From a virus, in the UHGV virus genome UHGV-0222911: a DNA stretch of 64,000 bases; one strand, given 5' to 3'. Within the stretch, counting starts at the first letter, position 1. Every line of letters begins with the position of its first letter. Position numbers and translations under genes: made by a program. Positions 39,008-47,858 of the stretch are shown here, one piece after another. The notes under the pieces are model-generated. The model had not been told where the DNA came from. It worked only from the letters and a program-made list of their open reading frames with translations, and did not search any database.

Positions 39008-41152
39008 ATGAACAAAGTACAGATTATTAAAAAGAATGGCTCACTTGAAGAACCTGATATCAAAAAAGTTTTAGCAGCAGTAACTAAGTCAGCTAACAGG
39101 GTTGGGTATAGAGAACTTCCACCAGATGTTACCCAAGCTCTTGAGTCAGCATTTATGAGGATTCTGGTAAAGTCCACTAAGCAGAATAATTTACTAATTT
39201 CGGTAAATGATATTCACAGTATTGTTGAGGGTGCTTTGGCAGAAGTCAATCACGAGATTTATGAGTCTTACTCAACATATAGAAATTACCGTAAAGAGGT
39301 TGCTCAAAATTGGGATGAACTCTACCAGAAGACTAAAGATACACTCTTCTTAGGTGACCGTGAAAATGCTAACTTTGACAGCAGTTTAATTTCTACGAAA
39401 GGTTCAATTATCCGTGGTTACCTGACTAAAGAAATCTTTAAACAGTATCATCTAACACCAGAGGAACTTGAAGCCATTGAGAAAGGCTTTATCTATATCC
39501 ATGATTTAAGAGACCTGATTTTTGGTGGTATTAACTGTTGCCTGTTTGACATTGGTAAAGTACTAAAAGGTGGCTTTGAAATGTCCGGCATTGAGTACTG
39601 TGAACCTAAATCTGTACTGTCAGCGTTGCAGGTTATTGGTGACGTAGTACTTTCAGCAACTGCACAGCAATTTGGTGGTTTTACTTTAGCAGAGATTGAT
39701 AAGGTACTTGTACCGTATGCTAAGAAGTCTCTACGCTATCATGCTGAGAAAGCATCATCTTATGGTATTCCTAAAGAGCATTACCACAATTATGTAATGG
39801 AGCAGTTACAAATTGAACTGACTCAAGGTTTTCAGTCACTTGAGATGAAACTAAATACCGTACCTTGTAGCCGTGGTGATTTTGCATTCACAACTTTAAC
39901 ATTTGGTTTACTTGACTCAGATATGTCTAATGAGGATAATCGACTACAATACATGATTGCAAGTACTCTCCTAGATGTTCGTATGAATGGACAAGGCAAG
40001 AGTAAAAAACCTGTTGTATTCCCTAAACTGGTTTATATTTATGACCAGAAGAGACATGATGAGAATATCTGTCAAGGTCACCTGTACAGTAAAGCTATTG
40101 AGTGTTGCTCTAAAGCAATGTACCCAGATTTCTTAAGTGTGTCTGGTCATGGTGCTGTAGCAGAGGCTTTTGAGCGTTCTGGTAAGGTAATTTCACCGAT
40201 GGGTTGCAGAGCCTTCTTATCTCCATATTTTAATGAGGATGGGGAAGAGTTTTACGTTGGTCGTGCTAACATTGGTGCTGTATCTTTGAACTTGCCAATG
40301 ATTTACCAGTACTCTAAAGAGAATGGTTTAGATTTCTGGAAAGAGCTTGATAAGTACCTAGAGATGATTCGCAACTTCCACAAGAAACGCTACGAAATGA
40401 TTGCTAATATGCCAGCAAGTTCTAACCCTCTTGCGTTCACACAAGGTGGTCTGTACAAAGGTACTAAGAAACCTACTGATAAGGTTGGTTGGGATATCGT
40501 GAAGTCCTTCACAGCTTCTTTTGGGGTTACTGCACTTGATGAGTTATCTGTTCTTGCTGAAGGTAAACGACTTCATGAAGTTGGAAGCTATAGTTTTGCA
40601 TATGATGTTCTGGCATACATCAACATGAAAACCGAAGAGTTTAAAAATGAAGATGGCTTCTTATATGCCGTCTATGGTACTCCAGCAGAATCACTTTGTG
40701 GAACTCAACTAAAACAGTTCAGAGATATGTTTGGCGTTATCAAAGGCGTTTCTGACAAGGAATACTTTACAAACAGTTTCCATATGAATGTTGCAGCAGA
40801 CATCTCACCATTTGAGAAGCAGGACTTAGAAGAGCCATTCTTCCATATCTGTAGAGGCGGTAGAATCCAGTATGTAAGAGTAGCTAACCCAGAAAACTTA
40901 TCAGCACTTAAAAGTTGTATTACAAGAGGGATGTTGAAAGGTTTCTATCAGGGACTTAACTTTGACTTAGCAATCTGTGAACATTGTGGTAACAGACCAA
41001 AGGCTGATGTTGAAGAATGTGAGGTTTGCCATTCACACGATATCTCTGTGATTAACAGGGTGTGCGGGTACTTGTCATTCACAAAAATTAAAGGTCAGTC
41101 TCGAATGAATGACGCTAAGATGGCAGAAATTAAGGATAGGGTTTCTATGTAG
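39008..41152 (+). CDS. nrdD: anaerobic ribonucleoside-triphosphate reductase
   Basis: 714 aa; C-terminal Cys cluster CEHCGN...CEVC and glycyl-radical motif RVCGYL. Confidence 0.9.
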   Translation: MNKVQIIKKNGSLEEPDIKKVLAAVTKSANRVGYRELPPDVTQALESAFMRILVKSTKQNNLLISVNDIHSIVEGALAEVNHEIYESYSTYRNYRKEVAQNWDELYQKTKDTLFLGDRENANFDSSLISTKGSIIRGYLTKEIFKQYHLTPEELEAIEKGFIYIHDLRDLIFGGINCCLFDIGKVLKGGFEMSGIEYCEPKSVLSALQVIGDVVLSATAQQFGGFTLAEIDKVLVPYAKKSLRYHAEKASSYGIPKEHYHNYVMEQLQIELTQGFQSLEMKLNTVPCSRGDFAFTTLTFGLLDSDMSNEDNRLQYMIASTLLDVRMNGQGKSKKPVVFPKLVYIYDQKRHDENICQGHLYSKAIECCSKAMYPDFLSVSGHGAVAEAFERSGKVISPMGCRAFLSPYFNEDGEEFYVGRANIGAVSLNLPMIYQYSKENGLDFWKELDKYLEMIRNFHKKRYEMIANMPASSNPLAFTQGGLYKGTKKPTDKVGWDIVKSFTASFGVTALDELSVLAEGKRLHEVGSYSFAYDVLAYINMKTEEFKNEDGFLYAVYGTPAESLCGTQLKQFRDMFGVIKGVSDKEYFTNSFHMNVAADISPFEKQDLEEPFFHICRGGRIQYVRVANPENLSALKSCITRGMLKGFYQGLNFDLAICEHCGNRPKADVEECEVCHSHDISVINRVCGYLSFTKIKGQSRMNDAKMAEIKDRVSM

Positions 41153-41159
41153 CATACAA

Positions 41160-41717
41160 ATGAATTACGAACTAATATATAATGCAATTATTAAGAAGGC
41201 ACATTCTGAAAGGGGTGTGCCTCTTACATACTACAAATGTCAAGGTAAGGGTTATGAAAGACACCATATCATACCAGTATGTCTAGGTGGAGATAAAATT
41301 AGTGGAGATAATATTGCTTTGCTTACACCTAGAGAGCATTATATAGCTCATAAATTACTGGTTAAGATGTATCCAAACAATCATAAGTTATGGTTTGCAT
41401 GGAACAGGTTAGCTCATGATGGCCTAGATAGGAAAATATCATCCAGAGACTATGAAAAGGTAAGAGCTTTGAACTCGAAAGCTTTATCTATTGTGAATAA
41501 AGGTAGGGTTTTCACTGAAGAACATCGAAGACGATTAGGAGAATCTCAAATAGGCAATACAAAATCAAAAGGTTGTAAAAGGTCTATAGAAACAAGGAAG
41601 AAGATGTCAGAAGCCGGAAAAAAGCCAAAGAAAAAGAAAACTTGCCCTCATTGTGGTATGACTGGTGGTGCTGGTAACATGACTCGATATCATTTTGACA
41701 ATTGTAAGAAAAAATAA
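41160..41717 (+). CDS. HNH homing endonuclease
   Basis: HNH motif ERHHIIPVCLGGDKISGDNIALLTPREHYIAH; inserted between nrdD and nrdG; start at internal Met after nrdD stop. Confidence 0.7.
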   Translation: MNYELIYNAIIKKAHSERGVPLTYYKCQGKGYERHHIIPVCLGGDKISGDNIALLTPREHYIAHKLLVKMYPNNHKLWFAWNRLAHDGLDRKISSRDYEKVRALNSKALSIVNKGRVFTEEHRRRLGESQIGNTKSKGCKRSIETRKKMSEAGKKPKKKKTCPHCGMTGGAGNMTRYHFDNCKKK

Positions 41718-41881
41718 CCTTATGTAAAACTTGACATGGTGGTGTGAGTCTTGATAGGCTTACATCACCTTTTTATTTGGATGTTAGATATGGCAGAGAG
41801 TATTATTGGGTTGTTCATAGGTTCTGTCTTACTAGGGTTCTTTTTAGGACTTTCTTATTGTGAATTGAAAGGTAAGTTAAA

Positions 41882-42082
41882 ATGTTTAAGATATCAAAAG
41901 CGTTGATATACATACTCCATATTCTAGTCTTCTTCTTTGGGGTTAGTGTTATGGTATGGGGTTTTTCAGACCCACAATGGAGTTTCTCATATCATGGTCA
42001 GATGGATTTATGGTCATGCTTCAAACCATTTTTAGGGTTAGTCATAGCATTCAGTGCATTACCAACTAAGGTGAAATTATGA
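41882..42082 (+). CDS. small membrane protein
   Basis: 66 aa, two hydrophobic segments. Confidence 0.3.
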   Translation: MFKISKALIYILHILVFFFGVSVMVWGFSDPQWSFSYHGQMDLWSCFKPFLGLVIAFSALPTKVKL

Positions 42083-42474
42083 TTAAGTTGAGCCAAAAAC
42101 AGTTAGAGTGGATTAAAGATTATGCCTCAGAGTGTGGCTCTTGTGAAAAGAATCATGTAAGATACTCAACATTCCACACGGTCTTCACATTGTATATCGG
42201 CGACAATGTTCTAAGTGATTCTGTAGAAGATGGTGTAGCATTGCCTAATGAATTGCTTGACAAATTAGCTGTAGTCACTGGAACTTGGTCTGAAGAAGAT
42301 GGTCACGAACTATCTGATGATGTTGTCTTCTACAGTCTTGAAAACATCATGAATCCAGAGTACATTATGCTAATGACTTGCGCACAAGATTGTGTACCAT
42401 TACAAAACTTCATTAAAGAGCACTGTGAAGAATTTATTACTAAACAGGTTCCTTGTCAGGTGGTGTTTGAATGA
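42079..42474 (+). CDS. hypothetical protein
   Basis: 131 aa Cys-containing ORF. Confidence 0.4.
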   Translation: MIKLSQKQLEWIKDYASECGSCEKNHVRYSTFHTVFTLYIGDNVLSDSVEDGVALPNELLDKLAVVTGTWSEEDGHELSDDVVFYSLENIMNPEYIMLMTCAQDCVPLQNFIKEHCEEFITKQVPCQVVFE

Positions 42475-42533
42475 GTAAAACAATTCGAAGAAAAGGTTTA
42501 AAGAACATTTATATTTATTGGTGAGGTAACTAG

Positions 42534-43019
42534 ATGAATTACATGGAGATTAGACCATTTGACACGGCTAATGGTGAAGGGGTTCGTGTAAGCCTCTTCG
42601 TAGCTGGTTGTAAGCATCACTGTGAAGGCTGCTTTAACAGGGAGTCTTGGAAGTTTAATGCTGGTAAGGTATTTACTTATGCAAACCTCTACGGAATCAT
42701 CCAGCTAATGGGTGATAATGCTGTCAGTGGTTTGTCAATACTTGGTGGAGAACCTCTGGATGATAGAAATATTCAAGAGGTTACAGACATATGCAAACGT
42801 GTTAAAACTGTTTACCCAGAGAAGACTATATGGCTCTGGACAGGTTTTCAGTTACACGAAAAAATTCACCTAGATGTAATGAAATATGTTGACGTGGTGA
42901 TTGATGGTAAGTATGATTCATCTAAACCAACAGTTAAACCATATCGTGGTTCTGATAACCAAAACCTCTGGAGAAAAGAGTATGGGTGGCAAGGCGATTG
43001 TCAATGGAGAGCCGAGTAA
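42534..43019 (+). CDS. nrdG: anaerobic ribonucleotide reductase activating protein (radical SAM)
   Basis: 161 aa; radical SAM cluster motif CKHHCEGC. Confidence 0.85.
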   Translation: MNYMEIRPFDTANGEGVRVSLFVAGCKHHCEGCFNRESWKFNAGKVFTYANLYGIIQLMGDNAVSGLSILGGEPLDDRNIQEVTDICKRVKTVYPEKTIWLWTGFQLHEKIHLDVMKYVDVVIDGKYDSSKPTVKPYRGSDNQNLWRKEYGWQGDCQWRAE

Positions 43020-43143
43020 GTCTCGTCGTAAAGCAGGTTATCGGTAAAGGGCACTTTACAATGTTCTACAGAACAAACTTAACCGTTTGTGTCACTGAAA
43101 AAGAACTTAAAACATTTTGTGAAAAGATTGAGAGAGATATGAA

Positions 43144-43401
43144 ATGGGACTCTGGAATAGTTTTAAATCAAAAGTAAAAGCAGCACTAGCTTCATTAGGT
43201 ATGCTCACTGGTGTTGATGTGACTCACCTTATGCAGAACTTCAAGATGGATGAGAAGCTGGCTAATGAGATTATGAAAAGTATCTATGTAGGCCGTGGTA
43301 AAGGTGGTAAGAAACAAGCCCACCGTCCGTCTGGTGCAGCAGCTATTAAACGAGCAGCTAAGAAAGCTCGTAACCGTAAACGTAATAAGAAGGCTAAATA
43401 A
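43144..43401 (+). CDS. small basic protein
   Basis: 85 aa; Lys/Arg-rich C-terminus (AAKKARNRKRNKKAK). Confidence 0.35.
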   Translation: MGLWNSFKSKVKAALASLGMLTGVDVTHLMQNFKMDEKLANEIMKSIYVGRGKGGKKQAHRPSGAAAIKRAAKKARNRKRNKKAK

Positions 43402-43403
43402 TC

Positions 43404-43724
43404 ATGAGCAAAGTTTATAACACTCGCAAATTACAGATTTTCGTACTGTGCCAGTTTATGGCTAAAGAATATAACTTCTACTATTGCGGCACAGGTTTTA
43501 TTAGCGACGATGATGGTTCATACCTACCATTTAAAGAAGCTGTGAAGCTCTTTAATGAAGAGAAAAGCTCTAAGAAAGATATTGAAAAGGTTAAGCTAAC
43601 CTATAGCAAGAAAGATAAGAAGATTATCTGCCTAGATAATTTTGTAAAAGTTACTGGAGAAGCAAAAGAGTTTATGGATGAGAGTGAGATTTCATTCACA
43701 AGCATCTTGAAAGTAGCTCAGTAA
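43404..43724 (+). CDS. hypothetical protein
   Basis: 106 aa ORF followed by terminator. Confidence 0.4.
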   Translation: MSKVYNTRKLQIFVLCQFMAKEYNFYYCGTGFISDDDGSYLPFKEAVKLFNEEKSSKKDIEKVKLTYSKKDKKIICLDNFVKVTGEAKEFMDESEISFTSILKVAQ

Positions 43725-43745
43725 ACAGATACTATAAGGGAACTG

Positions 43746-43770
43746 TAAAGGTTCCCTTTTTATTTTGGAG
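43746..43770 (+). terminator. hairpin + T-run
   Basis: GGGAAC tgtaaag GTTCCC followed by TTTTTATTTT. Confidence 0.55.
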
Positions 43771-43775
43771 ATAAC

Positions 43776-44291
43776 ATGTATCTGACAAATCTGAAACGTT
43801 CGGCTGCAATGTCAGTGCTAAGACTCAGCTTTGAGGAACGTCAAGAGTTCATTGACTCCCACCAATACGACCATTCTAACTCCAATCACATGATTCTCTG
43901 GAATCGTGGCAGTACTCGTGAAAGAGCACTATTCCGCTATTACCCACACTACACCATAGACAACCTGTATGAATGTTTTGTTGTGAAGAACACTATCACA
44001 GTACTCAACAAACTTTGCAGATACACAGGTAACCAGTCCTTCACATTAGGTCACCACAAACCTGTTACAAAAGGTGGTGAACATCACTGTGCAAACTGGT
44101 TTATCCAGACTAAACTTGATAACCAGAAGCAAGGTGATAGCCTTTTAAGCACCCCTAAGATGACCTATGAAGAGCAAGAGAAATATATCAAAAATAATAT
44201 GCCAGATGTGCTTGACAACAACTATACAGATTTGGCAATATCTCTCCTGTTGAAGTTCGAGACAGTTTATAGGGCAACTTATAATGGCTAA
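43776..44291 (+). CDS. HNH-like nuclease domain protein candidate
   Basis: 171 aa; GHHKPVTKGGEHHCANWFIQTKLDNQKQG resembles an HNH core. Confidence 0.35.
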   Translation: MYLTNLKRSAAMSVLRLSFEERQEFIDSHQYDHSNSNHMILWNRGSTRERALFRYYPHYTIDNLYECFVVKNTITVLNKLCRYTGNQSFTLGHHKPVTKGGEHHCANWFIQTKLDNQKQGDSLLSTPKMTYEEQEKYIKNNMPDVLDNNYTDLAISLLLKFETVYRATYNG

Positions 44292-44562
44292 AGAAAAGTG
44301 GGAGATTTTACCATTAGTTAGCGAAGGTGGTAATGGTTGTGAGATGTACATGATACGAGGCCATGTTCCAGAACCAATTGCACTTGAGATGATAAACAAT
44401 TTTACAGATGGTTCTTACAAAGACTTAGGCGAACCAACTGTCAAGCAACAATGGGTTAAACCTGTACCAGACAGCACAGGCAACTGTAGTGTACTTTATC
44501 ACGTTGTGGACCCTGCAAAATGCAAATCTGCAATGGCAGTAACAAACGTAACTTTTGATTGA
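44284..44562 (+). CDS. hypothetical protein
   Basis: 92 aa ORF. Confidence 0.35.
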   Translation: MAKEKWEILPLVSEGGNGCEMYMIRGHVPEPIALEMINNFTDGSYKDLGEPTVKQQWVKPVPDSTGNCSVLYHVVDPAKCKSAMAVTNVTFD

Positions 44563-44574
44563 GAGAGAAAAACT

Positions 44575-45456
44575 ATGAAAACATCTATCCGTGTTACAGT
44601 TCATTCACCAACTAAAGGAACTCATGAAGAAGAGTTTAACATCATCCAATTTCCTTCTGGTGAGATTGGTGGACACTTTTCGCCAGAGTTTGTTGATTTT
44701 ACTGCTTATGCAGCATCATCCATCAACAATGTGATTATGATTGTAAAAGGTTATGATAAGGACACATTGTTTGCTGTGGCACTTGCTAAAGAAGCAATTG
44801 ATGATTTAATTCCTCACGATTATGCTTTAAAGACTGTCATCTTTTACTACTTACCAAATGCACGATATGACCGTCACATGTTTAAAGGCGACGCAGCAGC
44901 TTTAAAGGTTTTTGCTAAACAGATTAATGCAATGGGGTTTGGCGCAGTCTGTGCAGTTGACCCTCACAGCTATGTACCAGATAACCTGTTTAACTGCTTC
45001 CAGAGTATTCCTCAAAAGGAAATTGCAGTCCACTATGCAAATGACCCACTGATTGATTACTTAGTAGCCCCAGATGCAGGTGCTGCTAAGAAGATTGCAG
45101 AGACTGCTAAAGAGGTGGATAAACCATACATCACAATGTCTAAAGTGCGTAACCTTAAGACTGGTGAAATTACTGGTATGCGAATCCTTGATGATGTTGA
45201 TTTGACAGATAAAACCGTTATGATTCTGGATGATATCTGTGATGGTGGTCGAACCTTCATAGAAGCAGCGAAACATCTTCGTGAAGCAGGTGCAAAACGT
45301 GTGGAACTTTATGTAACACATGGTATCTTCTCTAAAGATGTTGAAAACCTTCTTGACAATGGTATCGACCATATTTACACTACAAACTCTTTAGGCGAAG
45401 CTAAAGACCGTGGCTTAACACATTACAGTCAAGTTACTGTAGCAAACCTTGATTGA
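44575..45456 (+). CDS. ribose-phosphate pyrophosphokinase-like enzyme (Prs family; possibly ADP-ribose pyrophosphokinase of an NAD+ reconstitution pathway)
   Basis: 293 aa; PRPP-synthetase-type motif VMILDDICDGGRTF; directly upstream of NAMPT-like gene. Confidence 0.7.
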   Translation: MKTSIRVTVHSPTKGTHEEEFNIIQFPSGEIGGHFSPEFVDFTAYAASSINNVIMIVKGYDKDTLFAVALAKEAIDDLIPHDYALKTVIFYYLPNARYDRHMFKGDAAALKVFAKQINAMGFGAVCAVDPHSYVPDNLFNCFQSIPQKEIAVHYANDPLIDYLVAPDAGAAKKIAETAKEVDKPYITMSKVRNLKTGEITGMRILDDVDLTDKTVMILDDICDGGRTFIEAAKHLREAGAKRVELYVTHGIFSKDVENLLDNGIDHIYTTNSLGEAKDRGLTHYSQVTVANLD

Positions 45457-45501
45457 AAGTTTATAGGGGCTTAAAAGCCCCATTTTGAGAGAGATTAAAA
45501 G

Positions 45502-47283
45502 ATGACTAAATCACTTTATGCAGTACCAGCAGGTTTAAATGCAGATGCTTACAAATCTGGTCATGTTTACCAGTATCCTAGCGCAACAGAGTACTTGATG
45601 TTCAATCTGACACCACGTAGCGACAAATGGTTTAACAGCCCTTTAGCAATTGACGGTGTAGTGGCTTTTGGTATTCAACGTTTTGTTAAAGATTACTTGA
45701 TAGACCACTGGAATGCCACTTTCTTTGAACGTGATAAAAAAGAAGCCATTGATGAAATCTTAGAAGTCATGAATGGTGTTCTGGGTAAAGATGCTATCGG
45801 TCGAGAGCATTGGGAAGCACTTCACGACTTAGGTTATCTACCAGTTGAAGTATACGCTGTAGAAGAAGGCACAGTTGTTCCAATGCGTGTCCCGATGATT
45901 GTCTTTCATAACACTGTTTCAGGTTTTCATTGGGTAGCAGGTTATCTGGAAGATGCTTTCTCTGCTGAAATTTGGAAGGCTTGCACCATTGCAACTATTG
46001 CATTGCATTACAAACGCATCTGTAAGAAGTGGGCTGACCTTACTTGTGACAATGACTTACATTTACCTTATCAGTGCCATGATTTTGCTATGCGTGGTAT
46101 GTCCGGCTTTACTGATGACGCATTTAACGCTGTAGGTCACTTAACCAGCTTTAAAGGGACTGATAGCTTCCCTGCTGTATACACGGCTAAACGAATCTAT
46201 GGACAGTCCTACCCAATCTCTGATATTGGTAGCTCTGTACCAGCCACTGAGCACTCTGTAATGTGTGCAAACATTGCTTGGGAAGGTGGTAACGAGTTAA
46301 TTGAAGAAGAAAGACGCTTTAAAGGTGAGTTACAAACCTTCCGTCGTTTCTTAACAGAAACTTACCCAACTGGTATTGCAAGTGTTGTTTCAGATACTTA
46401 TAACTTCTGGAGAACTGTATCAGTCATATTACCAGAACTCCGTAAAGAGATTATGGAACGTAATGGCAAACTGGTAATTCGTCCTGATTCTGGAGACCCT
46501 GTACATATTGTCACAGGATACAAAGCAATCCATTTAGAGTGTGCTAAAAAGGCTTATTATGAACACTTAAGCAAGCTGGAAGCCAGTGACACAATGTTGA
46601 ATGCTGTTCTGAACATGAAGCTTGAAAACATCAATTATGGTATTGCTGGATGGCTACTGTCAGAAGGCTACGAAATGGTTGTTGACAGAGAAGACTTTGA
46701 AGTTGCTGATACAGTGCTGTTGAAAAACGCTTATATGGTTGGTTCTGCAAACGTTGTAACACGTCCTGTAGCGGAGATTGATGGAGCTATCAAGACACTG
46801 TATAACATCTTTGGAGGAACTATCAACTCTAAAGGTTTTAAAGTACTGGATGAGCATATCGGGCTTATTTATGGCGACTCTATCACGTTGGAACGTGCAA
46901 ACGAAATACTGAAGCGTTTGTATGAAATGGGTTTTGCAAGCTCTAACGTAGTGTTTGGTGTAGGTTCTTACACTTACCAGTACATGACTCGTGACACCTT
47001 TGCATTTGCTGTCAAAGCAACTCTTGGAAGCATTGGTGGTAAAGAGATTATGCTTGCAAAAGACCCTAAAACAGATAGTGGTGTTAAGAAGTCTGCTTTT
47101 GGTGGTGTAGCACCTATGTGGGATGGTGAAAATCTGAAAGCTGTAGATGGCTATGGGTTCCAGAGCTTTGCAGATGCACTTGAACACCCAGCTTGTGCTT
47201 TACGTCTAGTCTTTAGCGACTCTGAGCAGTTCGGCTACACGACTCTTGGTGATATTCGAAATAATATTGACAAGCAGCTTTAA
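45502..47283 (+). CDS. nicotinamide phosphoribosyltransferase-like enzyme (NadV/NAMPT family)
   Basis: 593 aa; N-terminal NADAYKSGHVYQYP matches NAMPT signature (DSYKVTHYKQYP). Confidence 0.8.
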   Translation: MTKSLYAVPAGLNADAYKSGHVYQYPSATEYLMFNLTPRSDKWFNSPLAIDGVVAFGIQRFVKDYLIDHWNATFFERDKKEAIDEILEVMNGVLGKDAIGREHWEALHDLGYLPVEVYAVEEGTVVPMRVPMIVFHNTVSGFHWVAGYLEDAFSAEIWKACTIATIALHYKRICKKWADLTCDNDLHLPYQCHDFAMRGMSGFTDDAFNAVGHLTSFKGTDSFPAVYTAKRIYGQSYPISDIGSSVPATEHSVMCANIAWEGGNELIEEERRFKGELQTFRRFLTETYPTGIASVVSDTYNFWRTVSVILPELRKEIMERNGKLVIRPDSGDPVHIVTGYKAIHLECAKKAYYEHLSKLEASDTMLNAVLNMKLENINYGIAGWLLSEGYEMVVDREDFEVADTVLLKNAYMVGSANVVTRPVAEIDGAIKTLYNIFGGTINSKGFKVLDEHIGLIYGDSITLERANEILKRLYEMGFASSNVVFGVGSYTYQYMTRDTFAFAVKATLGSIGGKEIMLAKDPKTDSGVKKSAFGGVAPMWDGENLKAVDGYGFQSFADALEHPACALRLVFSDSEQFGYTTLGDIRNNIDKQL

Positions 47284-47297
47284 AAGTATATGATAAG

Positions 47298-47320
47298 AGG
47301 CTCCTACGGGAGCCTTTTTA
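47298..47320 (+). terminator. hairpin + T-run
   Basis: AGGCTCC tacg GGAGCCT followed by TTTTT. Confidence 0.55.
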
Positions 47321-47336
47321 ATTTCTGGAGAAGATT

Positions 47337-47672
47337 ATGAAAATCAAAGAGATGAACATCAACATCGTCTTAGAAGAACGTTGGGAGAACATTAAGAAGC
47401 CTGAAAATGGTCATAAGTTCCTTAACAAAATTTTAGTAGCAGCTAAAGAAGAACTGACTGGTAAGATTGCAGCAGCAATCACAATAAAGGTCTGTGTAAA
47501 AGGTCTTCCAGACAATCACCAATTTGCACTTGACGAGTTTAAAGAAAGCTTCTACAATCCAAACAAACAGATGCTTGAAAGTAACTTTGCAGTGTCTACA
47601 AGTATCGTCCATGACAGAAGCTTTATCCTTTACAAGAATATGAGAGGTGAGTCATGCAAGCATATTGGATAG
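47337..47672 (+). CDS. hypothetical protein
   Basis: 111 aa ORF. Confidence 0.4.
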   Translation: MKIKEMNINIVLEERWENIKKPENGHKFLNKILVAAKEELTGKIAAAITIKVCVKGLPDNHQFALDEFKESFYNPNKQMLESNFAVSTSIVHDRSFILYKNMRGESCKHIG

Positions 47673-47830
47673 AAATTTTGCTGTCACTTGGTAGTGTAGC
47701 AGTATTTGTTTACCTCCTTTGTAAGTACTTTGCAGAGCACAAAAAATGTGACTACTGTAATGGAGAGGGGTACATAAGGGCAGGATGTTGCCCTATGTGT
47801 GGTGGTTCTGGTAAAATGTTTAACAAGTAA
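47654..47830 (+). CDS. membrane-anchored mini-protein with two CxxCxGxG zinc-finger repeats
   Basis: 58 aa; SD GAGG before ATG; TM segment then CDYCNGEG and CPMCGGSG (DnaJ-type Cys-rich repeats); below ORF-track cutoff. Confidence 0.35.
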   Translation: MQAYWIEILLSLGSVAVFVYLLCKYFAEHKKCDYCNGEGYIRAGCCPMCGGSGKMFNK

Positions 47831-47858
47831 TTTAACAGTAAACTAAGAGGAAAGTATT

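Noticed and set aside
42986-43177. ORF 42986..43177 overlapping the end of nrdG
   Set aside because: Overlaps nrdG by 34 nt and the next ORF by 34 nt with no SD; probably spurious
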